Positions 41,936-55,038 of a stretch of 64,000 nt of DNA are shown here, piece after piece. The position numbers and the translations under genes were made by a program. Positions within the stretch are counted from its first letter, which is position 1. Every line of letters starts with the position of its first letter. The DNA is from Kofleriaceae bacterium (GTDB lineage Bacteria > Myxococcota_A > Polyangia > Haliangiales > Haliangiaceae): positions 1 through 64,000 of the forward strand of contig CBDCCZ010000010.1 of NCBI GenBank assembly GCA_965215005.1. Reading direction: 5' to 3'. Below the pieces are notes generated by a model that was not told the origin of the DNA, made no database searches, and saw nothing but the letters and a program-made list of their open reading frames with translations.

Positions 41936-43303
41936 TCACTCGTTCTCTGCCTTTTCGAGCAGCGCTTCTAATTCTGAACGGCTGAGCTCGCTTGGGTTGC
42001 CGGCGACTGGCCAAGACTGGACGAAACGCGTGGGAGTGACGCCGTGGTCGCGCAGCGCGCGCAAGAGGCCGCGCGTTCGTGAGCTGACAGCCGTGGTGCC
42101 CGCGCGGGTGAACCAGCCGAGGTCGCCTTGGAACAGGAGCTCCGCTCCTGGCACGTAGAACACGATGTATTCGTCGGTGTGGTCGGACGCGCTGCCGATG
42201 TCGATTGCTTCGATACGACCATCGGGGCTCCGCCACCGACCCTCGAACACCTCGAGGGAGGCATCGCGCGGTCGCTGAGCCAAGGCATCGGGTCGCAACG
42301 TGAAGGCCCTAGTCAGCAACGAGCGAATCAGTGACGACGTTTGCGGTGTGGTTACAATCTTTGCCCCCGCGGCGGCGAATGCGCGCGCGGCACCCGCGTA
42401 ATGCGGATGATGGTGGCCGACCAACAGTGTGGTCACGGGCTTGTTGGGAAAGCGTGTGGCCAACGCGCCAATGATTGCTTCGCCCACGAAGCTCGAGACC
42501 GGCGCCTCCATCACCGTAAGCGCCTCGCTGCCTTCGAGAACGAGGACGCGCGAGTCAGTCGTGTCGATTTCAATCGACCACAGCCCATCGTCGAGCTGGA
42601 CGAACGAGAGCCGGGGCGGGACCGGCGGGCTATCGACGCACGGCTGCGAGGGCCGCACCGGCGCATCACGCGGCGGCGTGATGGCCTCGGCGGAGGCGCG
42701 TGCCGAGGTGAGCGTGAGGTCGAGCTCGTTTGGCTCTTCGGGCTCGAACTGGCGAACCTCGAGGTGCAGTGGGACCACGAGGCCGTCCTGCCGCTCGTAG
42801 TCGCGATAGCTCACGCGATGACGCACGTCCCCGAGGCGGGCATGGGCGAGAGAAAGCTCGATCGCATCGATGGTCTCGCCGCGCACCACCTCACTTCCCT
42901 CCGCCTCGGCAAACACCTCCGGCAGCCCTTGCTGAGCCTGATGGCGAAGCCAATCGGCCTGACATCCGATGACGCGGTTCCATTCGTGACCAGTCTGATG
43001 CCATACGTCTGGCCCCACCACGATGGTCGTCTCGGCCTCCAGCACCGCTCCCTGCGGGTCATAAAGGACTGCGTCGTAGCGCACCCGATCGCCATCGCGT
43101 GCCCACACCGCCTTGATCGGGTACTCCTTCGCTTCTCCAGGGCGACGGTAGTGCCCGAAGTATCTCAACGTTCCTTCATAGGAAACCGTGACGCCGCTCG
43201 CTCGCGGCTCGCTCTGCCGCTTCACCTGCCGCGGCGCGGTGGTGCCGGAGCAGCCGGCCACCGCGGAGAGCAGCGCTAGAATCGTTAGATATCGCGATTT
43301 CAT
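41936..43303 (-). CDS. Lipoprotein with C-terminal metallo-beta-lactamase-fold domain
   Basis: Lipobox VAGC; VMEAP, GHHHPHYAG, HTDEY, LLFQGDL. Confidence 0.75.
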   Translation of the reverse strand: MKSRYLTILALLSAVAGCSGTTAPRQVKRQSEPRASGVTVSYEGTLRYFGHYRRPGEAKEYPIKAVWARDGDRVRYDAVLYDPQGAVLEAETTIVVGPDVWHQTGHEWNRVIGCQADWLRHQAQQGLPEVFAEAEGSEVVRGETIDAIELSLAHARLGDVRHRVSYRDYERQDGLVVPLHLEVRQFEPEEPNELDLTLTSARASAEAITPPRDAPVRPSQPCVDSPPVPPRLSFVQLDDGLWSIEIDTTDSRVLVLEGSEALTVMEAPVSSFVGEAIIGALATRFPNKPVTTLLVGHHHPHYAGAARAFAAAGAKIVTTPQTSSLIRSLLTRAFTLRPDALAQRPRDASLEVFEGRWRSPDGRIEAIDIGSASDHTDEYIVFYVPGAELLFQGDLGWFTRAGTTAVSSRTRGLLRALRDHGVTPTRFVQSWPVAGNPSELSRSELEALLEKAENE

Positions 43304-43355
43304 AAATATCCGATCGATGCCACCAACGCCGCAACCAAGGCGATTGCATCGCTTG

Positions 43356-44807
43356 CTATTCGTCGGCCACGCTGGCGTCGATCTCGTACTTCTTCATTAG
43401 CTTGCGGAAGTACTTGCGGTCGATGTCGGCTTCGCGGGCGGCGTGCGAAATGTTGCCGCCATGGCGCTTGAGGAGCGAGATGATGTAGTCGCGCTCGAAG
43501 CTCGAGACCCAGCGCTCTTTCGCGTCTTTGAAGGTGACGTCGCCGTTGATGAGCTCGTGCGGGGGCCGCGGCGCTTCTGCAGCACTGCCGTCGCCGCCAT
43601 CGACAGCAAACGTCGACGGGCGATCAATCGGCTTGGCATCGCGGACGAAATCGGGCAAGTCGCCGGGTTCGATGGTGTCGCCATCGCAAAACGAGACCGC
43701 ACGCTCGATCACGTTGACGAGCTCGCGGACGTTGCCAGGCCACTGGTAGGCGCGCAGCGCGACCATCGTCTCCTTAGAGACGCCGCGAACCCGCTGGGTG
43801 CCGTCAGCGCCGCGATTGTAGGGTTGCGACTTGAGGAAATGATGCACCAGCAGCGGCACGTCATCATCGCGCTCGCGCAGCGACGGAAGCCCGAGGCGCA
43901 CCACACTGAGTCGATAGAAGAGATCCTGGCGAAACCGGCCATCACGTACCTCTTGCTCGAGGTTGCGATTGGTGGCGGCAATGATGCGCACGTCGACCTT
44001 GATCGACTTCGACGAGCCAACCCGACGCACCTCCCGCTGCTCGAGCGCGCGCAGCAGCTTGGGTTGCAGGTCGATGGGCAACTCGCCGAGCTCGTCGAGA
44101 AACAGCGTGCCGCCATCGGCCATTTCGAACAATCCCTGGCGCGTCATCACGGCGCCGGTGAACGAGCCCTTCTCGTGACCGAAGAGCTCGGACTCGATGA
44201 GGTTTGGCGGTACGGCTCCGCAGTCGAACACGATCAGCTGGCCGCTGTGCCGTGGCGATAATTTGTGGATGGTCTGCGCCACCACTTCTTTGCCGGTGCC
44301 GGTCTCACCCTCGATCACCACGGTGGTTGCGGTCGGCGCGATCTTCTCGACGATCGAGTAAATCTCGCGCATCTTCGCGTTGCCGCCGATCATGTCGCCG
44401 CACTGCTCCGAGGCCGACGGCTCGATAATCACTTCGTGGTCGCTGGCGTTGAACTTGAGCTTGGTCTGGCCGACCGCAATGGTGCAACCCGGCCGCAAAA
44501 ACGCTTCTCGCACCCGCACGTTGTTGACGAAGGTGCCGTTGGTCGAGCGCAGGTCGCGGAGTACGTAGCCGGTGTCTTCCTGCACGATCTTGCAGTGGTA
44601 TCGGGAGACGGTCTCGTCGCGCAGGACGATGTCGTTGTCGTCCATGGCGCCGATGCGCACCTCTTCGCTCTCGAACGTGCGCTCGTGGCCGTCGAAGGCA
44701 ATGGTGCAGCGCCGCAAGTGCAGCTTTGGGCGTTGGTTGACGTACTGAATCTTGGTGGGAGGAACGAAGTCTGGAAACTTCGTGTCCCGCTTGTCTGCCG
44801 AGGACAT
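43356..44807 (-). CDS. FHA-domain sigma-54 enhancer-binding protein
   Basis: FHA ([13 protein letters not shown]), Walker [27 protein letters not shown], Fis-type HTH. Confidence 0.93.
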   Translation of the reverse strand: MSSADKRDTKFPDFVPPTKIQYVNQRPKLHLRRCTIAFDGHERTFESEEVRIGAMDDNDIVLRDETVSRYHCKIVQEDTGYVLRDLRSTNGTFVNNVRVREAFLRPGCTIAVGQTKLKFNASDHEVIIEPSASEQCGDMIGGNAKMREIYSIVEKIAPTATTVVIEGETGTGKEVVAQTIHKLSPRHSGQLIVFDCGAVPPNLIESELFGHEKGSFTGAVMTRQGLFEMADGGTLFLDELGELPIDLQPKLLRALEQREVRRVGSSKSIKVDVRIIAATNRNLEQEVRDGRFRQDLFYRLSVVRLGLPSLRERDDDVPLLVHHFLKSQPYNRGADGTQRVRGVSKETMVALRAYQWPGNVRELVNVIERAVSFCDGDTIEPGDLPDFVRDAKPIDRPSTFAVDGGDGSAAEAPRPPHELINGDVTFKDAKERWVSSFERDYIISLLKRHGGNISHAAREADIDRKYFRKLMKKYEIDASVADE

Positions 44808-44973
44808 TCGACCCCATTCTAGCACTGTCACGCGGGGCTCCTGGGGTCGCACGTGACCAACAGCCGTTCACAAGACGCTCACACGGCCCCACCTGCTTGC
44901 AGAGGCCGCGGCAACCCGCCGCGTTGCCCGCGCGCTCTGGGGCTCTTATAACGCTTCCGCGAGAGCTAGCGCC

Positions 44974-46002
44974 GTGAACCCCGAACCACCCGTACCCAAC
45001 GTTTCCCGCGACATGGGGGAGACCTCGCATCTGGACGAGCACGGCCGCCCCCGTATCGTCGAGCGCCGCTTCGTCGTCGATGAGACCGAGGCCGGGCAAC
45101 GTGTGGATCAATTTCTCAAACAAAAGATCCCGCGGCTGTCGCGCACCAAGCTACAAAAAATCATTCGCGCCAGCGTCGTCCGCGGCGATGGCAGCATGCT
45201 CAAGCCACACTCGCCGGTGGTCGCCGGGCAGTCGCTGATCCTGCGCCGCGAAGCGCAGCCCGAGCCGCCCTGCCCGCGCGACTTCACCGTGCTCTACGAA
45301 GACGACTATGTAATGGTGATCGACAAGCCGGCGGGGCTGCCGATGCACGCGTCCGCCCGCTACTACTTCAATACACTCACGCGCGTGCTGCGCGAGCGTT
45401 ACCCAGACGACAAACGCCAGATCTGCCATCGCCTCGACCGCGAGACCAGCGGCTGCGTCGTGGTGGCCAAGCATCGCGAAGCAGCCGCGCGACTCAAAGG
45501 TGCTTTCGAGAAGAAGCGCATCGCCAAGAGCTATCTGGCAATCGTTTATGGTGTTCCCGTCTTCACCGGTGCTGCTGAGCCGTTTGCGATCGACCTGCCG
45601 CTAGGACTCGTCGCCGATCCGAACGCAATGATCGACCTCCGCATGGAGGTGCGCGCGGATGGGCTACCATCGATGACTCGCGTGCGAGTCGTGGAGCAGC
45701 GAGCCCAATTTGCCCTTCTCGAATGCATTCCCGTGACCGGGCGACAACACCAAATTCGCGCCCACCTGGCGGCACTTGGCCATCCCATCGTCGGCGATAA
45801 GCTCTATGCCCACGGTGATGCGACCTTCGCCCGCTGTTGCGACTCAGGTGTCACTGCCGAGCTGCTCGCCGAGCTACTCCTGCCCCGCCACGCGCTCCAT
45901 GCCGCATCGATTGCCCTGCCGCACCCACGAGACGGCGCCATCTTGCAGGTTCAAAGTCCTCTTCCAGACGACCTCCAGCAATTCTTTTCCAATGCACCAT
46001 GA
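44974..46002 (+). CDS. RluA/RluD-family pseudouridine synthase with S4-like N-terminus
   Basis: [40 protein letters not shown]. Confidence 0.9.
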   Translation: MNPEPPVPNVSRDMGETSHLDEHGRPRIVERRFVVDETEAGQRVDQFLKQKIPRLSRTKLQKIIRASVVRGDGSMLKPHSPVVAGQSLILRREAQPEPPCPRDFTVLYEDDYVMVIDKPAGLPMHASARYYFNTLTRVLRERYPDDKRQICHRLDRETSGCVVVAKHREAAARLKGAFEKKRIAKSYLAIVYGVPVFTGAAEPFAIDLPLGLVADPNAMIDLRMEVRADGLPSMTRVRVVEQRAQFALLECIPVTGRQHQIRAHLAALGHPIVGDKLYAHGDATFARCCDSGVTAELLAELLLPRHALHAASIALPHPRDGAILQVQSPLPDDLQQFFSNAP

Positions 46003-46077
46003 TACTGCTCGGGGCCCTCGAGCCGACGCGATGACAACCTCTCGACTTCATCTTCCGACAACAACAAGGGCACTTCA

Positions 46078-46302
46078 TTGAGCACAGACGACGAAACGCC
46101 CCCGCGCAAGCGCGAGGTGCCCGGATGGCTGCTCGTGACCGGCGGAATGATTCTCCTTGGCACCGTCAACATCGTGGTCGGTCTCATGGCGTATCCGGAT
46201 CCGCCCGCCGAAGACGAGCCGCCTGCGGCCGTCACAACCGCTGACGCGGGCGCTTCGTCACCGCTGCTCGATGCGGGCCCGACGCTCGCGCCTACGCCGT
46301 AG
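46078..46302 (+). CDS. Small single-pass membrane protein
   Basis: One TM (VPGWLLVTGGMILLGTVNIVVGLM) plus a Pro/Ala tail; TTG start. Confidence 0.5.
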   Translation: MSTDDETPPRKREVPGWLLVTGGMILLGTVNIVVGLMAYPDPPAEDEPPAAVTTADAGASSPLLDAGPTLAPTP

Positions 46303-46340
46303 CAGGCGGTCGGCGGCGAGACATTACGCAGAGCGTCTTG

Positions 46341-48881
46341 TCACGGCCACGAGATCGCAAACGGAAGCCGCGCTTGCGGCACGGTCGGCTGCATGAGCAC
46401 CGACAACGGCAGCACCTCACGCAACGTCCGCGCCAGCGGCGCGAGCAGCTCCAACGCTGCGGCGTTGGCCTCGCTCTGCAATTCAGGAAGCCCGAGGAGC
46501 TGCCCGAGCACGCTCTGCCGCGTCTCTGGCAAATAGACCAGCTGCGCCAGCTCGCCCTCCTCGAGTCCTGCCTGCGCCTTGGCCATGGCGATCGCCTCGC
46601 CGATGCCACCGAGGCGATCAACGAGCTCGAGCGCTTTGGCTTGCTCGCCCGAATACACGCGGCCACGACCGAGCTCATCGGCCCGCTTCTCACTGATGCC
46701 GCGCCCCTGCGCGACCCGCTCGAGGAACAACTCGTAGAGGTAGCGCATCTTCTCGAGGATCAGCTTGCGCTCGTCCTCGCTGTACGGCCGAAACCACGAT
46801 TCCATGTCGGCGCGCTCGCCACGGCGATACGTGTTCCAGGTGATGCCGAGCTTGGCGAGTAGCCCCGAGAGGTCGAACTTGCCGTAGAAGATGCCGATCG
46901 AGCCGGTGATGGTCATCGGATCGGCGAAGATAGTGTCGCAGCCCGCGGCCGCGTAATAGCCACCCGAGGCGGCGACCTCGCCCATCGAGCAGAGAATCGG
47001 CTTGACCCCGCGGGTCTTGAACACCTCCCGCGCGATCAGCTCCGAGGCAAGCGCGCTGCCGCCGGGCGAGTCGATGCGCAACACGATGGCCTCGACGGCG
47101 GGATCGAGACGCGCTTGCGCGATCGCTCGAGTGATGGTGTCGCCACCCACCATCTGCCCACCGATGAAAGGAAGCGGCAGTGGCACGTTGCGGCTCTCGC
47201 CATCGACGATATCGCCTTCGATGAAGATGACCGCCACCTTGGGTAGCGCCCAGGAATCGAGACGCTCGGCGGGCGCCGGCGCGATGGGATAGGCAGCGCC
47301 GAGCTCGGCAGCGATCAGCTTGGGCAGCTCTTCGGGCGATGCCACCGCGTTGACCAGCCGTTCGTCGTTCTGGAGATCACCTGCGGTATAGGGACCATTA
47401 TTGATGAGCTCGGTCACGACCGCAGGCGCAAGTCCCCGGCTGCGCGCCAGCCCGCCAATCAGCTCCGCATAGAGGCTGTCGTAGAGCTCGCTGCGCATTC
47501 GCAATGCCGGCTCCGAAGGGCCGATCTGCGTGAAGGTCTCGGGCGCGCTCTTGTACTCGGCAATCTTCTCGAACTCTGCCGAGACGCCGAGCTGGTCGAA
47601 GAGCCCCTTGAAGTAGAGAATCGTGCCCGCAAACCCCTGCAAGCGAATACCGCCGGCGGGATCGAGGTACACGCGGTCGGCGGCGGCGGCCAAGAAGTAC
47701 TCGCCCGTCGACGCCGCCACCAGATACGCAAACACTTTCTTGCCCGCGGTTCGTAGCCTCGCGAGCTCCCCGCGCAGCTCCTGGAGACCGGCCCAGCCGA
47801 CCCCCAATCCATTGATAACAAGCAGCACCCCCGCCACTCCCTCATCGCGCGCCAACGCTCGCAGGCGCAACACGTGACTGGTTAGCCCGCGCGCTCCCAA
47901 GCTGCCCGACAGCTCGATCCGCTCCACCCGTTGCCGCGGCCCCAGCGCCGATGGCACCTGCTCCGTCGACAGCCGAATCGAGCCCCCAGCACCAGCGAAC
48001 TGCACCCCATCGTCGCCGGTCTCGCGATGCGCGGCGCCAGAGCCAAAGCCAAACACGCCAATGCTCCCAAACGAAACCTCGAGCCCGAGCGAGGCGCGAA
48101 ACACCTGCCCATCGCGATCCGCACCGGCAAGCTCGGTCTCGCGCACGCCGAGCTCGCCGCGCACGTAGACGCCGCGCCGCACGCGCGCCGAAATCCGCAG
48201 CCAGCCACCGAGGTCGCCGCGACTCTCGCCAACTTCACCGCCAAGCCCGATTTCCAGCCTGTCGGTCGCGACCGGACGACTGACAAGCTCGAGCAGATAG
48301 CGCCGGCCCAGCTCGACGTCATCGACCACAGGACTGCCGACATCGCGAACCACGAAGCCCGCCGCAAACCGCGCCCCAACCCGCAGTGATAAGCCGAGAT
48401 CCCAGCTCGACAACCCGTCGAGAAGCTCGCCATCGCCATCCCAATAGCGATGCCACGCAGCTCCGAGGCCAAGGCTCGACCCGAGCGGCAGCGCGCCGCT
48501 CAACGTGAGCCGCGTGGGCGAACCGGGCTCGGGGCGCAGCTGCTCTGGCGGCCGCAATAGCTCCACCGCCGCTCCCAATGCGAGCCGCGGCAGAAGCCCG
48601 CCGCCGATGCCTCCCGATAGATAGCCGCCCCACCCACTGCCGGTGGTGGCAGCCGCTTCGTCGTCGCGATACGCGTAGGCGAGCCCGAGTTGCCAGCCGC
48701 GTAGCAGCGCCAAACCCGCCGGATTGGCGGTCACGGTGAGGACATCGTGCTCGCCGGCCAGCGGAGTCGTAGGAACCTGCACGCCGCCGGTGGGGTCTGC
48801 GACATACGCGTTTTGCGCCCAGGCAGGCGCTCCGAGCGCGATAGTGAGGAGAACCGTTGCCCAAGCAACTCGCCACTGCAT
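46341..48881 (-). CDS. sppA: Signal peptide peptidase SppA (long form with N-terminal beta-rich domain)
   Basis: EYKSAPE, LRIDSPGGSA, MGEVAASGGYY, TGSIGI, GRVYSG. Confidence 0.92.
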   Translation of the reverse strand: MQWRVAWATVLLTIALGAPAWAQNAYVADPTGGVQVPTTPLAGEHDVLTVTANPAGLALLRGWQLGLAYAYRDDEAAATTGSGWGGYLSGGIGGGLLPRLALGAAVELLRPPEQLRPEPGSPTRLTLSGALPLGSSLGLGAAWHRYWDGDGELLDGLSSWDLGLSLRVGARFAAGFVVRDVGSPVVDDVELGRRYLLELVSRPVATDRLEIGLGGEVGESRGDLGGWLRISARVRRGVYVRGELGVRETELAGADRDGQVFRASLGLEVSFGSIGVFGFGSGAAHRETGDDGVQFAGAGGSIRLSTEQVPSALGPRQRVERIELSGSLGARGLTSHVLRLRALARDEGVAGVLLVINGLGVGWAGLQELRGELARLRTAGKKVFAYLVAASTGEYFLAAAADRVYLDPAGGIRLQGFAGTILYFKGLFDQLGVSAEFEKIAEYKSAPETFTQIGPSEPALRMRSELYDSLYAELIGGLARSRGLAPAVVTELINNGPYTAGDLQNDERLVNAVASPEELPKLIAAELGAAYPIAPAPAERLDSWALPKVAVIFIEGDIVDGESRNVPLPLPFIGGQMVGGDTITRAIAQARLDPAVEAIVLRIDSPGGSALASELIAREVFKTRGVKPILCSMGEVAASGGYYAAAGCDTIFADPMTITGSIGIFYGKFDLSGLLAKLGITWNTYRRGERADMESWFRPYSEDERKLILEKMRYLYELFLERVAQGRGISEKRADELGRGRVYSGEQAKALELVDRLGGIGEAIAMAKAQAGLEEGELAQLVYLPETRQSVLGQLLGLPELQSEANAAALELLAPLARTLREVLPLSVLMQPTVPQARLPFAISWP

Positions 48882-48931
48882 CGACGCAACGGTAGCTCAT
48901 CGCATCGCGCAAGTGCATCGCCGCAGCGCGA

Positions 48932-49282
48932 TCAAGCCTCGGCGAGCATCGCTTCGAGCATCTCCTCGGCGCTGGGGGTGATGTACACGATGCGCAATGC
49001 GATGCCGCAGCGCGGCTCGAGCTCTTTGCGAATGACCTCGGTACGGCACGAAAACCGCCGCGTGCCGCGCTCGATGGTGATCTCGAAGGCAGCGCCGAGC
49101 GCCAGTGCATCGGGCTCCGCAAAGTTCACGAACACGCCTTTGCGGCTCGCCTCGAGCACTTCGCACCTGCGACCGTCCGGAAGCGTGACTGTCACGCCTG
49201 GCAAGATGCCGCGCAACTCGCCGCGGCGTTCGATTGCTTCGAGCCGCAAACTCGGCTCGCTACCTTGGTCGTCCGAGCGCAT
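48932..49282 (-). CDS. PilZ-like domain protein
   Basis: ERRGELR (RxxxR) and EASRKG ([D/E]xSxxG-like) followed by beta strands. Confidence 0.65.
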   Translation of the reverse strand: MRSDDQGSEPSLRLEAIERRGELRGILPGVTVTLPDGRRCEVLEASRKGVFVNFAEPDALALGAAFEITIERGTRRFSCRTEVIRKELEPRCGIALRIVYITPSAEEMLEAMLAEA

Positions 49283-49341
49283 GGCAACCATTGTATAGGC
49301 AGGCGAGCATCTATGAACCCTTATCAGGCCGCGGCGGCGAC

Positions 49342-49370
49342 TTGACGGCGAGCAAGGCGCCGCATACGGT
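49342..49370 (+). promoter_or_regulatory. Sigma-70-type promoter
   Basis: TTGACG-N17-TACGGT, followed by GGAGG and ATG 49395. Confidence 0.55.
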
Positions 49371-49394
49371 CTCGGCACCTCGGAGGTCCTGCTC

Positions 49395-50000
49395 ATGTCG
49401 CTAGAACGCCCGCCGCGCACTATCTCTCCGTCAGATTTCTTCCATACCTGGCTCCCCCAGACCTACGCCCAGCTCAAAGCGACCACGAGCAAGACTCCGC
49501 CGGATGGCACGGTCTCCGTCGTGCTCGAGGGCGACAGCGGCGGTGCCTGGAGCATCCGCGCACGCAGCGGAGAGTTGTCAGTGACCGACGGCGCCGCAGA
49601 CGATGCGCTCCTCACTCTCACTCAATCGGTCGACGACTGGCGCAGCCTCGTGGTCGGCGAAGAGGGCGACGGCCCGCGTATCGTCCCCCCCGGCAGTGAG
49701 CTGAGCACCGACATGCTGATCATCGATCAGGGAACGCACCAGATTCTGTCGGCGGTCAAGGGCACCCTGCGCTTCGAGGTTCCAAACTATCGCGGAAGAA
49801 CGTTCGCGGTGACCGCCGCCTTCAACAATGCGGCGCAGCCCGCGGCGACCGTGAGCGTCGACGCTGACACGCTCGCAGCCATGCAGAACGGTTCCATGCA
49901 GGCCACGGAAGCCTTCTTTGGCGGCAAGATTCAGATGAGCGGAGATACCGCGTTCGCGATGCAGCTCGGCATGTCGCTCATGCAGCGCATGCAGAGCTAG
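49395..50000 (+). CDS. SCP2 sterol/lipid-binding domain protein
   Basis: C-terminal EAFFGGKIQMSGDTAFAMQL SCP2 motif; N-terminal GDSGGAW...LTLTQSVDDW SCP2-like segment. Confidence 0.8.
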   Translation: MSLERPPRTISPSDFFHTWLPQTYAQLKATTSKTPPDGTVSVVLEGDSGGAWSIRARSGELSVTDGAADDALLTLTQSVDDWRSLVVGEEGDGPRIVPPGSELSTDMLIIDQGTHQILSAVKGTLRFEVPNYRGRTFAVTAAFNNAAQPAATVSVDADTLAAMQNGSMQATEAFFGGKIQMSGDTAFAMQLGMSLMQRMQS

Positions 50001-50050
50001 CAAGTTCGCTAGCGGCATCGTATGCGCAAACGCCGGCTCATCTGGGTTGG

Positions 50051-50650
50051 ATGCATCGCCCTAGGCCTGCTCTGCACCGGCGCCGCGCCCGCAGTCGGGA
50101 CGGAAGTTTGATCGTCGGCAGCGCAAGGCAGCCACACAAGCTGCGACCCACGCGCTGGTGGTCGGCCTTTCTCTCGTTGCTGCTCCTCTCGAAGCTCGGC
50201 TGCGGTGGAGCCTCGGGTCACGATCGAGCTCGCAGCCAACCGCTGGTGGTAGCGCTCGAGCTCGTCGATGGTGGCGAGCTCATCACCACGCGCTATCGCG
50301 GCAAGGTCCTGGTGCTGCACCTGTTCTCGACGTGGGCGATCGGCGCAGAGACCGACCTCGAGCAGCTCAAAGCCGCCGCGACCGCCGACAACGTTGCAGT
50401 GCTGGGAATTGCGCTCGATCCCGACGGGTATCCGCTGGTCGCGCCGTGGCGTGAGGTCCACAAAGTCGGCTATCTCATCGCGGTCGCCGATGCCGAAATG
50501 CGTGCGGGTCACAGTCCGCTCGGCCGCATCAAGGTCGTACCAACCACCGTGGTGCTCGATGAGCGCGGACGGCTGGCGCGGCGCATCGAAGGTCCGCTCG
50601 CGCCCCATCAACTCCAGCGCATCATCGACGAGGTCGGCAGGACCAAGTGA
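50051..50650 (+). CDS. TlpA/redoxin-fold lipoprotein lacking CxxC
   Basis: YRGKVLVLHLFSTWAIGA, VPTTVVLDERGRL..RIEG; lipobox KLGC; start uncertain. Confidence 0.75.
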   Translation: MHRPRPALHRRRARSRDGSLIVGSARQPHKLRPTRWWSAFLSLLLLSKLGCGGASGHDRARSQPLVVALELVDGGELITTRYRGKVLVLHLFSTWAIGAETDLEQLKAAATADNVAVLGIALDPDGYPLVAPWREVHKVGYLIAVADAEMRAGHSPLGRIKVVPTTVVLDERGRLARRIEGPLAPHQLQRIIDEVGRTK

Positions 50651-51741
50651 CGTCGCCGCGGCGTGCGCGCGAACATCTCGTGATTCGCGGCGAGAGTGGT
50701 AACCGACACGGCAAGCAGCCATTCCGCCGCAGCGTACTCGTGATGCTCGCGATGACCTGCGCTACGCCCAGCGCCACTGCCGACGCCCAGGAGCCACGGG
50801 GAGCGATCGCGCTCGTCGCCCTCGACATCACCGGAGACGCGGCGCCGGAGCTAAAAACTCAGCTCGAAGCGAGCATCGTACGGGGTCTGCAGGACAGCGG
50901 CGTCCGCGGCGCTTCCCATGAAGACGTGCTCGCTGCCGCAAGAGACAAGCCCGAGCTCATCGGCTGCACCTCCACGGCGTGCCTCGAACAGATCGGCGAG
51001 CTGGTCGACGCGGAGCGGTTCGTTCGTGCGCGGGTCGAGAGCAACGGCGCCGCCTACACGATCGAGCTCGAGCTTTTGTCTCCCGAGGGCGGCGCGGTGG
51101 AGCGCCAGGTCGTCGAACAGTGCGGCGTCTGCACGATCACCGAGCTCAATCAGCTGGCGATCAACGCAGCGCATCGGCTGATGAGTGGCGCTAGCGAAGG
51201 TCCACTCGCGATCGAGATTTTGACCAATCCTCCCGGCGCTCGAGCGACCATCGACGGACGCGAGCTCGGCCCCTCCCCCATCACCGAAACGCTTCCTCCA
51301 GGCTCGTATCAGCTCACACTGTCCATGCCCGGCTACGTCACGGCCACCTATGACATCGTCGTAGAGCCAACCACCAGTGAGCCGCAGCGCTTCGAGTTCG
51401 AGCTCGCCGCCAGAGCGCTCGATCGTGCACCAATCATTCACTTAAAGCCGGAGCCGCGATTCTCCCGCTGGAAGTGGCTCACCGCCGGGACTGCGGCGAC
51501 ACTGTCGACCATTGCCGTCATCGAGCTCGCTCGGGGCTCGTCGAGCTGCGACTCCGCCGACGCCCGCTGTGACGACTGGAGTCACCGCGACTGGGGCCTC
51601 CTAAGCCTTGCCGGTGCGCTGGCCGTCGGCGGCGTGAGCGGCTGGATGTTCTATGCCGACTGGCGCGCCGAGCGCACGCCGCGCGTCGGCATCACCACAA
51701 CCGGCAGCGGCATCTTCGCCGACCTCGCCATCGACTTCTGA
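50647..51741 (+). CDS. PEGA-domain protein
   Basis: GCTSTACLEQIG, PEGA motif TNPPGARATIDG...LPPGSYQLTLSMPGY, C-terminal TM hairpin and terminal F; start may be ATG 50743. Confidence 0.85.
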   Translation: MTSPRRAREHLVIRGESGNRHGKQPFRRSVLVMLAMTCATPSATADAQEPRGAIALVALDITGDAAPELKTQLEASIVRGLQDSGVRGASHEDVLAAARDKPELIGCTSTACLEQIGELVDAERFVRARVESNGAAYTIELELLSPEGGAVERQVVEQCGVCTITELNQLAINAAHRLMSGASEGPLAIEILTNPPGARATIDGRELGPSPITETLPPGSYQLTLSMPGYVTATYDIVVEPTTSEPQRFEFELAARALDRAPIIHLKPEPRFSRWKWLTAGTAATLSTIAVIELARGSSSCDSADARCDDWSHRDWGLLSLAGALAVGGVSGWMFYADWRAERTPRVGITTTGSGIFADLAIDF

Positions 51742-51817
51742 TCGAGCCCATCTCGCTGGCGCAGTGGCCGCACCTCTAACGCCTGCGCTCGCTGGCGTAC
51801 GTGCCCGCTGAATGCCG

Positions 51818-54895
<3,078 letters not shown>

Positions 54896-55038
54896 GCGCA
54901 AGAGGCCTGCTCGGCGGCTAGCCTATCACGGGCCGGGAGCCGACACCAACGACCCGCTCTCTGCCGCGAGGTTTCGCAACATTGATAAAAGCGAAGCCGC
55001 CAAGCTACATTGCAGCTCATTGCTTGGGGGTGAGAACG

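Noticed and set aside
44150..44170. GSFTGA instead of GAFTGA in the sigma-54 activator
   Set aside because: Common functional variant.
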